A DNA stretch of 64,000 bases from Vicinamibacterales bacterium (lineage in GTDB: Bacteria > Acidobacteriota > Vicinamibacteria > Vicinamibacterales > 2-12-FULL-66-21). Positions 37,419 to 45,348 of the stretch are shown one piece after another. Numbering within the stretch: position 1 is the first letter of the stretch; the number at the start of each line of letters is the position of its first letter. The notes beneath the pieces were generated by a model that was not told the origin of the DNA, did no database searches, and worked only from the letters and a program-made list of their open reading frames with translations. The stretch lies in assembly GCA_035463475.1 (NCBI GenBank), contig DATHTE010000133.1, forward strand, positions 3,056 to 67,055, in the 5' to 3' direction. A program made the translations under genes and the position numbers.

Positions 37419-37448
37419 GGGCGAGAACCGTCTCGTGCCCGATTTTCG
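37419..37448 (+). terminator. Weak terminator-like hairpin plus U-tract after the GH109-like gene
   Basis: GGGCGAGA accg TCTCGTGCCC (4+4 bp with a 2-nt bulge) followed by GATTTTCG. It is preceded by a second hairpin, CCGGAGA tgaa TCTCCGG (37400-37417). Confidence 0.3.
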
Positions 37449-37469
37449 CATTCCGGGCAGGAGGCACAT

Positions 37470-38318
37470 ATGCGCGCGCGCAGATTGTCGGCGGCGGCGT
37501 TGTGCGGAATTCTCTTCACGTCGGGCGGTCTCATCGCGTGCGGCGGCGGGGGCGGCGGCGGCTCGACGACGAGCCCCAGCGCCACGGTGACGTCGCTCGG
37601 CATCAGCCCCGGCACGGACACGCTCAAGCTGAGAGCGAGCGAGTCGTTCACCGCGAACGCCACCATGTCGAACGGGACGACGAACGTCGTCACCGCGACG
37701 TGGCGGAGCGACAACACGTCGGTCGCCACGATCGATTCGACCGGGCGCGCGACGGGAGTCGCGTCCGGCAGGGCGACAATCACGGCGGAGTACCAGGGAC
37801 TGTCCGCGAACCGGACCCTGCGCGTCGTCCCGGATTACCAGGGGACCTGGCGCGGGTTCCTCAGCATGCGCAGTTGCTCGGCGACGGGTGACTGGCAGCT
37901 GGCGGATGTGTGCGGGGACCTGACGGCCGGCGATCAGGACACTCTCAGCCTGACCCTCTCGCAGCAGAGCGCCAACGTCAGCGGAACGATCGACATCGGT
38001 GGCTTTGCGGGTCCGATCACCGGCACGATCGCGGACAATGGGTCCCTCTCGCTCACGGGCCTCTACAACACGTCCTACGATGGGTTCCCCGTCCAGATCG
38101 GCGTCTCCGACTGGCAGACGATGTCCTCGGACAACTCGCGCATGACCGGGCGCTTCGTCTTCACGGTTCGGTCGCAGCCGGCGCTCAGCGGAGACGTGCG
38201 CGTGGAAACGGACCTCGTGGACGTGAACAAGACGGCGGCGACCCTCATGCCGATGCGGAGCACCCACGGCGCGCTCGGCGCCGCGGTGCGGCGAGCGCGC
38301 GGGCGCGTCCCGCACTAG
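37470..38318 (+). CDS. Lipoprotein with Big_2 (bacterial Ig-like) domain
   Basis: AGGAGG lies upstream. MRARRLSAAALCGILFTSGGLIACGGGGGGGS is a lipobox LIAC followed by a Gly linker. LGISPGTDTLKLRASESFTANATMSNGTTNVVTATWRSDNTSVATIDSTGRATGVASGRATITAEY is a typical Big_2 pattern. Confidence 0.7.
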   Translation: MRARRLSAAALCGILFTSGGLIACGGGGGGGSTTSPSATVTSLGISPGTDTLKLRASESFTANATMSNGTTNVVTATWRSDNTSVATIDSTGRATGVASGRATITAEYQGLSANRTLRVVPDYQGTWRGFLSMRSCSATGDWQLADVCGDLTAGDQDTLSLTLSQQSANVSGTIDIGGFAGPITGTIADNGSLSLTGLYNTSYDGFPVQIGVSDWQTMSSDNSRMTGRFVFTVRSQPALSGDVRVETDLVDVNKTAATLMPMRSTHGALGAAVRRARGRVPH

Positions 38319-38462
38319 TGTGGACCGTTACTCGCCGTTGAAGGACCGGTATCGTTTTGGAACCGCGGAGCTCGCGGAGGACGCGGAGGCGCGCTGCCGG
38401 CCGGCACCTGCGTTGCACCCGCCCTCGGCGGTCTCCGCGCTCTCCTCCCGATACCAAGGGGC

Positions 38463-38759
38463 TCACCGCTCCCAGCCCCTTAACCGGTAATACTTGTCCT
38501 TCGGCTCACCAGTCCAACCGTTGATACCGTGTTTGGGAAGCCACCACATGTGAATCACCACGAAGGGGACGACCGCTGCAACAACAAGAAAGGCCAACGC
38601 CCAGGCGCGGCCAAAACTGGCCGAGATGGCAATCGTGAGCCCCACGAACACAAGCACCTTCAACGCCCGGCGGCCCCTTGGCGTCCTCTCCTCGAAGTGC
38701 CCGAAGAAGATGTTCCCAAACGCAAAGATGGTCATGACGATGGCGACCTCGAACCACAT
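38463..38759 (-). CDS. Small membrane protein (98 aa, about 3 TM)
   Basis: The ATG at complement 38759 gives MWFEVAIVMTIFAFGNIFFGHFEERTPRGRRALKVLVFVGLTIAISASF... The gene is visibly more A/T-rich than the window average. Confidence 0.55.
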   Translation of the reverse strand: MWFEVAIVMTIFAFGNIFFGHFEERTPRGRRALKVLVFVGLTIAISASFGRAWALAFLVVAAVVPFVVIHMWWLPKHGINGWTGEPKDKYYRLRGWER

Positions 38760-39109
38760 CTGAGCACTCCGCTTCCTTTCCAGTGAACCAGGCAGATTGT
38801 GCGTTCCGATTGACCGTCTGACGAATACCGGGCCGACCAGCATATCGCGGCCGGCCCTACGGCGCTCGCCGCATTACGCCAAAGCGCCGGCACCCTGGAG
38901 ATCCGCCGGCGTCCCGTGAGGTAGAGCACGACGCCCGTGATCAGGCCAGGCGAGTAGCGGCCCGTGGCAAACACGCTGGCAGGGAGCGGGCGCCCGGCAA
39001 CGGTCGCGAACCACTGGGGGAAACCGCCCAGCCACTCTTCCACGATGTGCGCCGCGTACGCGGCCACGAAGAGCTACACGAGCGGCGGATCGTTATACTG
39101 CCAGCGCAT
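38732..39109 (-). pseudogene. HXXEE-domain membrane protein gene interrupted by an in-frame TAG at codon 12 (probable pseudogene)
   Basis: Own reading from the ATG at complement 39109: MRWQYNDPPLV-TAG-LFVAAYAAHIVEEWLGGFPQWFATVAGRPL..., with the TAG at complement 39076-39074. After about residue 60 the hydrophobic character is lost, suggesting an additional frameshift. Confidence 0.45.
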
Positions 39110-39158
39110 GTCTGGTGTCGCTCGAGTCCGTTAGATCGGCGATTCGAGACCTGACCCT

Positions 39159-39776
39159 ATGAGCTTCTCCTCAGAACTTCGAGACGAGTTCGGCGAGATC
39201 GACATATACCTTTTCGACCAGCTCCTCAAGGGACGGTTCGATTCGCGTCGCACGATCCTGGACGCGGGCTGCGGGATCGGCCGGAACATCCGCTGGTTCA
39301 TCAGGCATGGGTTTGCCGTGCACGGAATCGACGCCGACGCGGCGGCGATCGGACGCCTGCGGAAGATTGCCGCCGAGCTCGCGCCCTCGCTGCCGCCGGC
39401 GCACTTCATCGCCGGCGACCTCTCGATCTTGCCTTGGCGCGACCGGACGATGGACGCGGTCATCAGCAGCGCCGTGCTCCACTTCGCGCGCGATGACACC
39501 CACTTCGCCGACATGCTGCAAGAGCTGTGGCGGGTGCTCAGATCCGGCGGCCTCCTCTTCGCCCGGCTCGCCTCCACCATCGGTCTCGAAACGCGCGTCC
39601 GCTGGCTGAACGGCCGCCGCGCGCGGCTACCGGACGGCAGCGAGCGGTTCCTCGTGGACGAACCGTTCCTGCTCGACTGGACCGACCAGCTCGGCGCCAG
39701 GCTGCTCGAACCGATCAAGACCACCAACGTGCAGAACCAGCGCTGCATGACGACGTGGGTCATCGGCAAGGACTAG
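39159..39776 (+). CDS. Class I SAM-dependent methyltransferase
   Basis: ILDAGCGIGRNIRWFIRHGFAVHGIDADAAAI (motif I plus the acidic post-I residue), MDAVISSAVLHF and LRSGGLLF. 205 aa. Confidence 0.8.
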   Translation: MSFSSELRDEFGEIDIYLFDQLLKGRFDSRRTILDAGCGIGRNIRWFIRHGFAVHGIDADAAAIGRLRKIAAELAPSLPPAHFIAGDLSILPWRDRTMDAVISSAVLHFARDDTHFADMLQELWRVLRSGGLLFARLASTIGLETRVRWLNGRRARLPDGSERFLVDEPFLLDWTDQLGARLLEPIKTTNVQNQRCMTTWVIGKD

Positions 39777-39777
39777 G

Positions 39778-40125
39778 TTAAAGCACCTCCGCCACCGCGC
39801 CCGGCGTGACCGTGAGATCCGGCTGCTCCGCGTCGTCCGGCGCGCCGTGTGAGACCACGTGCTGGGCGCGGCGGAGCAAGTTCTCCTTCACCCACTCTGT
39901 GTCTGCAATCACGCGGTAGATGTGCACGTGCACCCCTGGACGGTATCGGCGTTCGGCCGCCGCCCACTCGCGGGCTTCCTCCTCCGTCCAGAACGCCCTG
40001 GCAAGTCGCGGGCGCGCCGCGGGCCGGGCAGCGGTTGGCGCAGGTTGTTCGTACGCAAGCCAGATCGTGCAGATCCCGCCGCGTTGGGAGATCCGACGCC
40101 CGAGGAGCTTCAGCGTCGTCGGCAT
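39778..40125 (-). CDS. Hypothetical 115-aa protein, second gene of the operon under the WYL regulator locus
   Basis: The ATG at complement 40125 is preceded by GAGGGTGG and lies 14 nt after the stop of the upstream gene. Translation: MPTTLKLLGRRISQRGGICTIWLAYEQ...AFWTEEEAREWAAAERRYRPGVHVHIYRVIADTEWVKEN... No motif recognised. Confidence 0.5.
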   Translation of the reverse strand: MPTTLKLLGRRISQRGGICTIWLAYEQPAPTAARPAARPRLARAFWTEEEAREWAAAERRYRPGVHVHIYRVIADTEWVKENLLRRAQHVVSHGAPDDAEQPDLTVTPGAVAEVL

Positions 40126-40139
40126 GGGACCACCCTCGG

Positions 40140-41108
40140 CTATGCGGCAAACGCGCCCAGATGGACGACGCGATCGTCGTGCACGAGTGCGGCAGCTGTG
40201 ACACCGGGCGCGTGGATCCGGACATCGACGCCGAACCCGATCGCCGACATCGGCTTGCCCGGGACGCGCGCCGTGGCGTCCAGGAACTGGCTGGCCGCCA
40301 CGCGAAGCGACCCCTCCGCGCGCCGCCGATGGCGATGCCGGCCTTGCGTCCCCTCGCCCGAGCGTGTCCGGTCATCGTCGATGGCGTCGAGTGCGTAGCT
40401 CCGAACGATTTTCGGGAGCAGTTTGCGCAGGAGCGGCGCCGTGGCGAAGAGCTCGAACCCGGCTACGCGCTCCCCGACGGCGAACAGCGCGCCCGTCTGG
40501 CCCGGCGCGGGAAGCAGTGCGGCCACGAACTTCTCGATCGAATCCTCGTAGCTGACGAACATCGCTTCCATAGCGGAGGTGGGCGAGTGCGCCTGCATGC
40601 GAGCGGACTTCTGCGCGATGTCGTCCCAGACGGCACACTGGTCCGCCATGCGGGCGCCGTGGCTCATCATCGACGCGGTGACCTGCTGCATCTTGCGCGC
40701 GCGGCCGGCGGCGAACTGCACTCGCGGCGCGGCGGCAAACGTCCGCGATCGCGCGTGCCAGCGCCCCGCCTCCACGCACGAAACGGGGATCTTCAGCACC
40801 GACCGTGGCGGGACCAGGATCGACAGGTTGACCACGCGGTTCTGCTTCGCCCCAATCAGTTCCTCGCCGTCGAGGATGAAAACGGGCGCGTCAGAAGTGT
40901 TCGAGACACGGAGCTCGGGAACGCTCCCCTGCTCCGAGACCTCGGTGATGCGCGCCCAGCCGCCGCTGAGCGCCTCGTCGAGGGTGAGAAATTGATCCGC
41001 GGGGCCCGGCTCGTTCTCGCGGCCGAGGAGCGGAAACATGGTCAGGTTCTGGACGGTGACGTCGATGCCTATGGTCACGCCGGCGATGGCGGAGGTGATT
41101 GCGCTCAT
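40140..41108 (-). CDS. Conserved-looking protein of unknown function, resembling the DUF6569 / ARPP-1 family (from memory, unverified)
   Basis: 322 aa. VQNLTMFPLLG...FLTLDEALSGGWARITEVSEQGSVPELRVSNTSDAPVFILDGEELIGAKQNRVVNLSILVPPRSVLKIPVSCVEAGRW. The GEEL-x-GAKQNR and PVSCVE-x-GRW motifs are what I associate with that family. The CDS itself is well supported; the family name is tentative. Confidence 0.6.
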   Translation of the reverse strand: MSAITSAIAGVTIGIDVTVQNLTMFPLLGRENEPGPADQFLTLDEALSGGWARITEVSEQGSVPELRVSNTSDAPVFILDGEELIGAKQNRVVNLSILVPPRSVLKIPVSCVEAGRWHARSRTFAAAPRVQFAAGRARKMQQVTASMMSHGARMADQCAVWDDIAQKSARMQAHSPTSAMEAMFVSYEDSIEKFVAALLPAPGQTGALFAVGERVAGFELFATAPLLRKLLPKIVRSYALDAIDDDRTRSGEGTQGRHRHRRRAEGSLRVAASQFLDATARVPGKPMSAIGFGVDVRIHAPGVTAAALVHDDRVVHLGAFAA

Positions 41109-41158
41109 GCCTGCGAGGGTAGAACTGGCTGTGGACAGGGCTGGTCACACTTTCAGGA

Positions 41159-41185
41159 GGCAGAAGACAGAAGGCAGGAGACAGA
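41159..41185. promoter_or_regulatory. 13-bp direct repeat in the divergent intergenic region (candidate operator)
   Basis: GGCAGAAGACAGA at 41159-41171 and GGCAGGAGACAGA at 41173-41185. They lie inside the 140-bp gap between the divergently transcribed 40140-41108 gene and the WYL gene. Confidence 0.25.
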
Positions 41186-41248
41186 TGCTCCGCCGCGCGT
41201 TGCCGGTTGCCCGCGCCATGTTTCTGTCCTTCGGCGTAAAATTCGGCC

Positions 41249-42307
41249 GTGAGAAACAGCGAGCTGGTGCGGCAGTGGGAAATCCTGCGGACGATCGACG
41301 CCACCGAGACGGGCGTCAGCGTGCAGAAGCTGGCAAGGGCGAGCAGGGTGCACCCGCGCACGATTCGGCGTGACCTCGAGGCGCTCGAACGCGCGGGATT
41401 CCCGCTCTATACCGATCGCGAAAGCGGCACGACGCTCTACAAGTTCAGCTCCAAACCGTTCAAGAGACTGGCGCAGACAGGGCTGGGCCTGCCGGAGATG
41501 TGCGCGCTCTATATGAGCCGGTCGATGCTGGAGGCGCTCGCGTCGGCGCCGTTCCGCGACGAGCTGACGCGCGCGATGGCGAAGCTCGAGGCGACGCTGC
41601 CTGAGGGGGTGCGCCGCTTCCTGGATCGACTGCCGGCGGTGCTGCAGGCGAAGAGCGAGCCGCGCAAGCGGCGCGACGAGAAGCGGCTGCGCGAGATCGT
41701 GCCGCGCATCATCGATACGGCGCTCGACAAGAAGCGCGTCACCATGACGTACCACTCCTTCTCCAGCGGCCGCGTGAAGGAATACGTGATCGAGCCATAC
41801 CGGCTCACGTACGCGCAGGGAGGGATCTATCTCATCGCGTTCGTGCCGGAGTACGGTCAAATGCGCACCTTCGCCGTGGAGCGCATCCGCGCGTACGCCG
41901 AGACCGGGCAGCGCTTCGACGGCAAGCGCACGCTCACCGACAAGCCGTTCAAGAACTCCCTCGGCGTCCACACGGGCGATCCTGCCCGCGTCGAGATCGA
42001 GTTCGACCGCAGCATCGCGGCCTACGTGTTCGAGCGCGACTGGCACGCGTCGCAGCGCGCGGAAGAGCGGCCGGACGGCTCGCTGCTCCTGACGCTCGAC
42101 GTCTGCATCGACCCCGCCCTTCGAAGCTGGATCCTCAGCTTCGGCCCGCTCGCGCGGGTCGTCGCGCCGCGCGCGCTGGCGGAGGAGATCCTCGAGGAAC
42201 TGGAAGAGGCGCGGGAGAAGTACGCGCCGCGCATGGAGTTCGACGAGCCTGCGACGCGGCTGTACGCGGCGCTCGGGCCGCGGCTGCCGTTCGCGAGGCC
42301 GAGCTAG
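41249..42307 (+). CDS. WYL-domain transcriptional regulator (HTH - WYL - C-terminal extension)
   Basis: The GTG at 41249 is the first start after an in-frame TAA. HTH: VSVQKLARASRVHPRTIRRDLEALERAGFPLY. WYL region: RVTMTYHSFSSGRVKEYVIEPYRLTYAQGGIYLIAFVPEYGQMRTFAVERI. The C-terminal part (WHASQ...LLLTLDV...SWILSFGPLARVVAP) resembles the WCX extension. Confidence 0.85.
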   Translation: MRNSELVRQWEILRTIDATETGVSVQKLARASRVHPRTIRRDLEALERAGFPLYTDRESGTTLYKFSSKPFKRLAQTGLGLPEMCALYMSRSMLEALASAPFRDELTRAMAKLEATLPEGVRRFLDRLPAVLQAKSEPRKRRDEKRLREIVPRIIDTALDKKRVTMTYHSFSSGRVKEYVIEPYRLTYAQGGIYLIAFVPEYGQMRTFAVERIRAYAETGQRFDGKRTLTDKPFKNSLGVHTGDPARVEIEFDRSIAAYVFERDWHASQRAEERPDGSLLLTLDVCIDPALRSWILSFGPLARVVAPRALAEEILEELEEAREKYAPRMEFDEPATRLYAALGPRLPFARPS

Positions 42308-42309
42308 TG

Positions 42310-43185
42310 TCAGGGCTCAGGGTCGAGGGGGTCGGTAATCGGTCGTATCGTCTCGTGAAGCGGCGTTGTCGCGCGGACCAGGCGATCGCCGCGCGGGACC
42401 AGCAGACCTTCTGCGGCCGCGTCGTACATCTCGGCGAGCGCCTCGGCCGCCGATTGCCCCAGTCCCGCCTGCAGGAGCGCCGGCACCCACTGCGGCTGCG
42501 GGATGTTCACCACCCGCAGCGGCTTGCCCAGCGCGTCGCCGAGCGCCTTGGCGACGTCCCGCTGGGTGTAGTCGGGGCCGACGAGATCGACCACTTCACT
42601 CGCCTGCGGCGGGCGCGAGAGGCACTTCGCCACCTCGTCCCCGATGTCCCTGGTCGCGATCATCGGGAACGCCACATCGTCGCGGTCACCGAAGTTCGGG
42701 AAGATGCCGGCGCTCTGTGCCAGGAGGAGAGCCTCGGCGGCGTTCTCCTGGAAGTACGACGCGCGGAGCGCTGTCAACGAGACTCCAGTGCTGCGCAGGC
42801 ACTCCTCGAAATAGTGCAACCCCTTGATCGGTCCGGTGCCCTCCGGCAAATCGGCGCCCACCGAGGAGAGCAGGACCACATGCGGGACTTCGCTTGCGCG
42901 GACGGCCGCGGTCACCGCCTCCGCGACCCGTCGCTGCGCGGCGAACAAATCGGCTGCGCCGTAGTCGGGTGGCAGCAGCACGAAGAAGCCTGTCGCGCCT
43001 CGAAGCGGGCCGGCAAGCGACTGCGCGTCCCGCAAGTCCGCGACCGCGACGTGCGCGCCGCGCGCCGCCCAGCGCGCGCCCCTCGCCGAATCCCGGACGA
43101 TCACCCGAACCGGCTTCCGCTCCGCCAGGAGCCGACCGGCTGCCACGGAGCCCACGTGACCAGTTGCACCGGCGATCACAAGCAT
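42310..43185 (-). CDS. NmrA-like / NAD(P)H-binding SDR-type protein
   Basis: MLVIAGATGHVGSVAAGRLL is a GxxGxxG Rossmann motif. 291 aa. The stop codon lies 2 bp from the WYL gene stop (convergent). Confidence 0.8.
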   Translation of the reverse strand: MLVIAGATGHVGSVAAGRLLAERKPVRVIVRDSARGARWAARGAHVAVADLRDAQSLAGPLRGATGFFVLLPPDYGAADLFAAQRRVAEAVTAAVRASEVPHVVLLSSVGADLPEGTGPIKGLHYFEECLRSTGVSLTALRASYFQENAAEALLLAQSAGIFPNFGDRDDVAFPMIATRDIGDEVAKCLSRPPQASEVVDLVGPDYTQRDVAKALGDALGKPLRVVNIPQPQWVPALLQAGLGQSAAEALAEMYDAAAEGLLVPRGDRLVRATTPLHETIRPITDPLDPEP

Positions 43186-43266
43186 CGCAGCACCTTTTTC
43201 TAAACGTCTTCCGGCGCACGCTTCGTGCGCTCTGGGCCACCACGTGGCTGGTGAAAACGTTCTGCG

Positions 43267-43284
43267 GTCCGCCCGAAGGCGGAC
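43267..43284 (-). terminator. GTCCGCC-loop-GGCGGAC hairpin immediately after the DsbI-like gene stop
   Basis: On the transcribed (minus) strand this reads GTCCGCC TTCG GGCGGAC, a 7-bp stem closing a UUCG tetraloop, followed by CGCAGAACGTTTTC. Confidence 0.5.
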
Positions 43285-43285
43285 A

Positions 43286-44779
43286 CTACTCGTATTGCAC
43301 GATTGTCAGTTGGCCGTCCGCGCCCACGATGAACAACTGGTCTTCCTTCAACGCCATGCCGGTCGGTCGCGACAGCCCGGGGATTGCCTGCGCGGCGACG
43401 ATGGTGCGGGCGCGGAGGTCGATGGCCAGCAGCGTGCTGTGCGCAGCGCTGAGTGCGTAGAGGCGGTCCCCCGCGATCGCGGCGCCAGTCACGTAGTACG
43501 CATCGAGCGGGCGTTCCCCCGAACCCGCCCTCGCCATCGCCGCAAGCTCCGGAGCCAGCGCAGGCACGAACTCCTCCGACAGCAGGCGGTCGGTCATGGA
43601 GAACCGCGAGACGACGAGCCCTTTCACTTTCGCGTTCGGAACGGCGAGCGTGTACATCGAGTTCGACGCGGCATCGTACGCCGCGGACATGATGTACATC
43701 ATGCGCGCGCGCACTGTTGCGAAACGGGAGCGCGACACTTCCGTGAACTGGTCGAACGATTCCAGGAAATACCGGTAGTTCCGATCGACATCCGCGGACC
43801 CCTCCGGCTCGCGGAGGATCACGTAGCTCTTGTTCTCGCTGACGGCGATGACGGTCCGGCTGTCGACGAACGCCGCGGCCGCAAAGCGCGCAATGTCAAC
43901 CGAGAAGGCGGGATCGATCACGGTGTGACGCAGGACCCGCGAGAGCGACCCGTCGGTCACGTACACGCCGTGTTCCGTCGTCAGAAGAAACCGTCCGCTC
44001 GTCTGGTCGTACGCGAGGCCCGTCGGCGCGCCGCGCAACGGCAGCGCGAGAGGGCGGCGTTCCACGACCCGCAGTTGCGGAAGCCCCTGCAGTGGGCCGC
44101 TGCCCGGATCCGGATCGACGGCCGCCACGTCCGGCTTGTCGATTCCCCAGCGGCCGCGGAACGAGATCGGCGCCGGAGCGTACTCGTCCAGCGACCAGAT
44201 CCAGTGCCGCGGGTTGAACGAGAAGCGTACGGGGTCCGCCTGACCGATGAACGGCGGCGGGCCGGTGCTCGCGAATGCCTGGACGATGTTCGCCGCGATG
44301 ACAACCAGAAAGACGACGAAGGCGACGCTGTCGATGCGGCGGAGCGGGCGCGGCGGCCCCGGCGCGAGGTCGGCGTCGCGGGCGAGCATGATCAACGCGC
44401 CGATCGCTGCGGTGCTGCACCAGAAGATGACGAACGACCACGTGTAGGTGTGCGCGCCCAGCATCTCGAGGCTGAAGCCCTGCCCGATGTCGCGGGCGAC
44501 GTGAAGCGCCGAATGCCGGACCGCCATGTAAATGCCCCACACGCCGACCAGGACGGCCAGCCCCAAGTACCGGGGCTTCGCGCCGTAACGCAGCACGAAC
44601 AGCCCGATCAGCGCGATGAGGGCCATGCCGATGCGCTGCTGCCAGCAGAGAATGCAGGGAGACTCGCCTCCGAAAAAGCCCAGGACGAACGCGGCGATGC
44701 CCACCGGCACGGCCGAGAGAAAGAGGACGGCAAGGGCGAGCACGGTGTCGATCGCGGAGGCCGGGGGGCGGTCGGACAT
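43286..44779 (-). CDS. DsbB-family disulfide oxidoreductase fused to a large C-terminal soluble domain (DsbI-like architecture)
   Basis: The N-terminal about 160 aa has 4-5 TM segments and the DsbB hallmark SPCILCWQQRIGM (C-x-x-C-x-x-QR). The C-terminal about 330 aa is non-membrane and beta-rich. The same layout is described for Campylobacter/Helicobacter DsbI (DsbB domain plus beta-propeller). Confidence 0.7.
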   Translation of the reverse strand: MSDRPPASAIDTVLALAVLFLSAVPVGIAAFVLGFFGGESPCILCWQQRIGMALIALIGLFVLRYGAKPRYLGLAVLVGVWGIYMAVRHSALHVARDIGQGFSLEMLGAHTYTWSFVIFWCSTAAIGALIMLARDADLAPGPPRPLRRIDSVAFVVFLVVIAANIVQAFASTGPPPFIGQADPVRFSFNPRHWIWSLDEYAPAPISFRGRWGIDKPDVAAVDPDPGSGPLQGLPQLRVVERRPLALPLRGAPTGLAYDQTSGRFLLTTEHGVYVTDGSLSRVLRHTVIDPAFSVDIARFAAAAFVDSRTVIAVSENKSYVILREPEGSADVDRNYRYFLESFDQFTEVSRSRFATVRARMMYIMSAAYDAASNSMYTLAVPNAKVKGLVVSRFSMTDRLLSEEFVPALAPELAAMARAGSGERPLDAYYVTGAAIAGDRLYALSAAHSTLLAIDLRARTIVAAQAIPGLSRPTGMALKEDQLFIVGADGQLTIVQYE

Positions 44780-44787
44780 CGGGCGCC

Positions 44788-44955
44788 TCAGTAGTTCACG
44801 CCAGGCAGGAGCGACGTGCGGGTGCCCAGCGCGTAGAGCAACACCATCAAAACGACGCTGATGACGACGAGCCCGAACGCGAGCCGTTCCCGTTCCGGCC
44901 TCCTGAACGCGATCCAGGCGGCGGCAAACATCAGTACGAGGCTGAAGAACTCCAT
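44788..44955 (-). CDS. Small 2-TM membrane protein just upstream of the DsbI-like gene
   Basis: MEFFSLVLMFAAAWIAFRRPERERLAFGLVVISVVLMVLLYALGTRTSLLPGVNY. Its stop is 8 nt before the DsbI-like start. The ORF track extends it to a GTG at 44979. Confidence 0.5.
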   Translation of the reverse strand: MEFFSLVLMFAAAWIAFRRPERERLAFGLVVISVVLMVLLYALGTRTSLLPGVNY

Positions 44956-45075
44956 GGGATGGGCCCTATTGTGCGTCACGACGGGCGTCGCAGGGTAGAG
45001 GCAGAGCGGCCCGCCATGCGTCCACCGGAGCGCCAGCCGCCGGAAAATCGCCGGGCGGCGCGATAAAATCCCGGT

Positions 45076-45348
45076 GTGACGACAGTGCTGCTGCTGCTGC
45101 TGATGTCTGCGGGCCGTGTACAGGCAGCTCCCGACGACCAGTTGCGCGCGGGACGGCTTGTCGAACCACCGGCGGACCGGCCGTATCGCGGCGTGGGAAT
45201 TGCCGGCGGCGCGCCCGGCACGAGCTCGGTGCTGCCCTCGAGCGGCTCCTGGACGATCGTCGTGCTCACGAACCTCGATCCTCCCACCGGCGAACAGATT
45301 GGGTCCGCCATCGCGCGGAGACTGAGCGGGAAGGGCACGCAGGAGTGA
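45076..45348 (+). pseudogene. Possible remnant of a serine hydrolase/beta-lactamase-family gene (signal peptide joined to the C-terminal tail)
   Basis: MTTVLLLLLMSAGRVQAAP... is followed directly by GIAGGAPGTSSVLPSSGSWTIVVLTNLDPP, which resembles the C-terminal G-x-G-G...vvvLtN segment of class-C-like serine hydrolases. The catalytic SxxK region is absent. It could alternatively be a real 90-aa ORF, since its stop overlaps the next start (GTGA). Confidence 0.3.

Noticed and set aside
37545-37565. GGCGGCGGGGGCGGCGGCGGC run as a simple-sequence repeat of interest
   Set aside because: It encodes the poly-glycine linker directly after the lipobox cysteine of the Big_2 lipoprotein, a common feature of lipoproteins.
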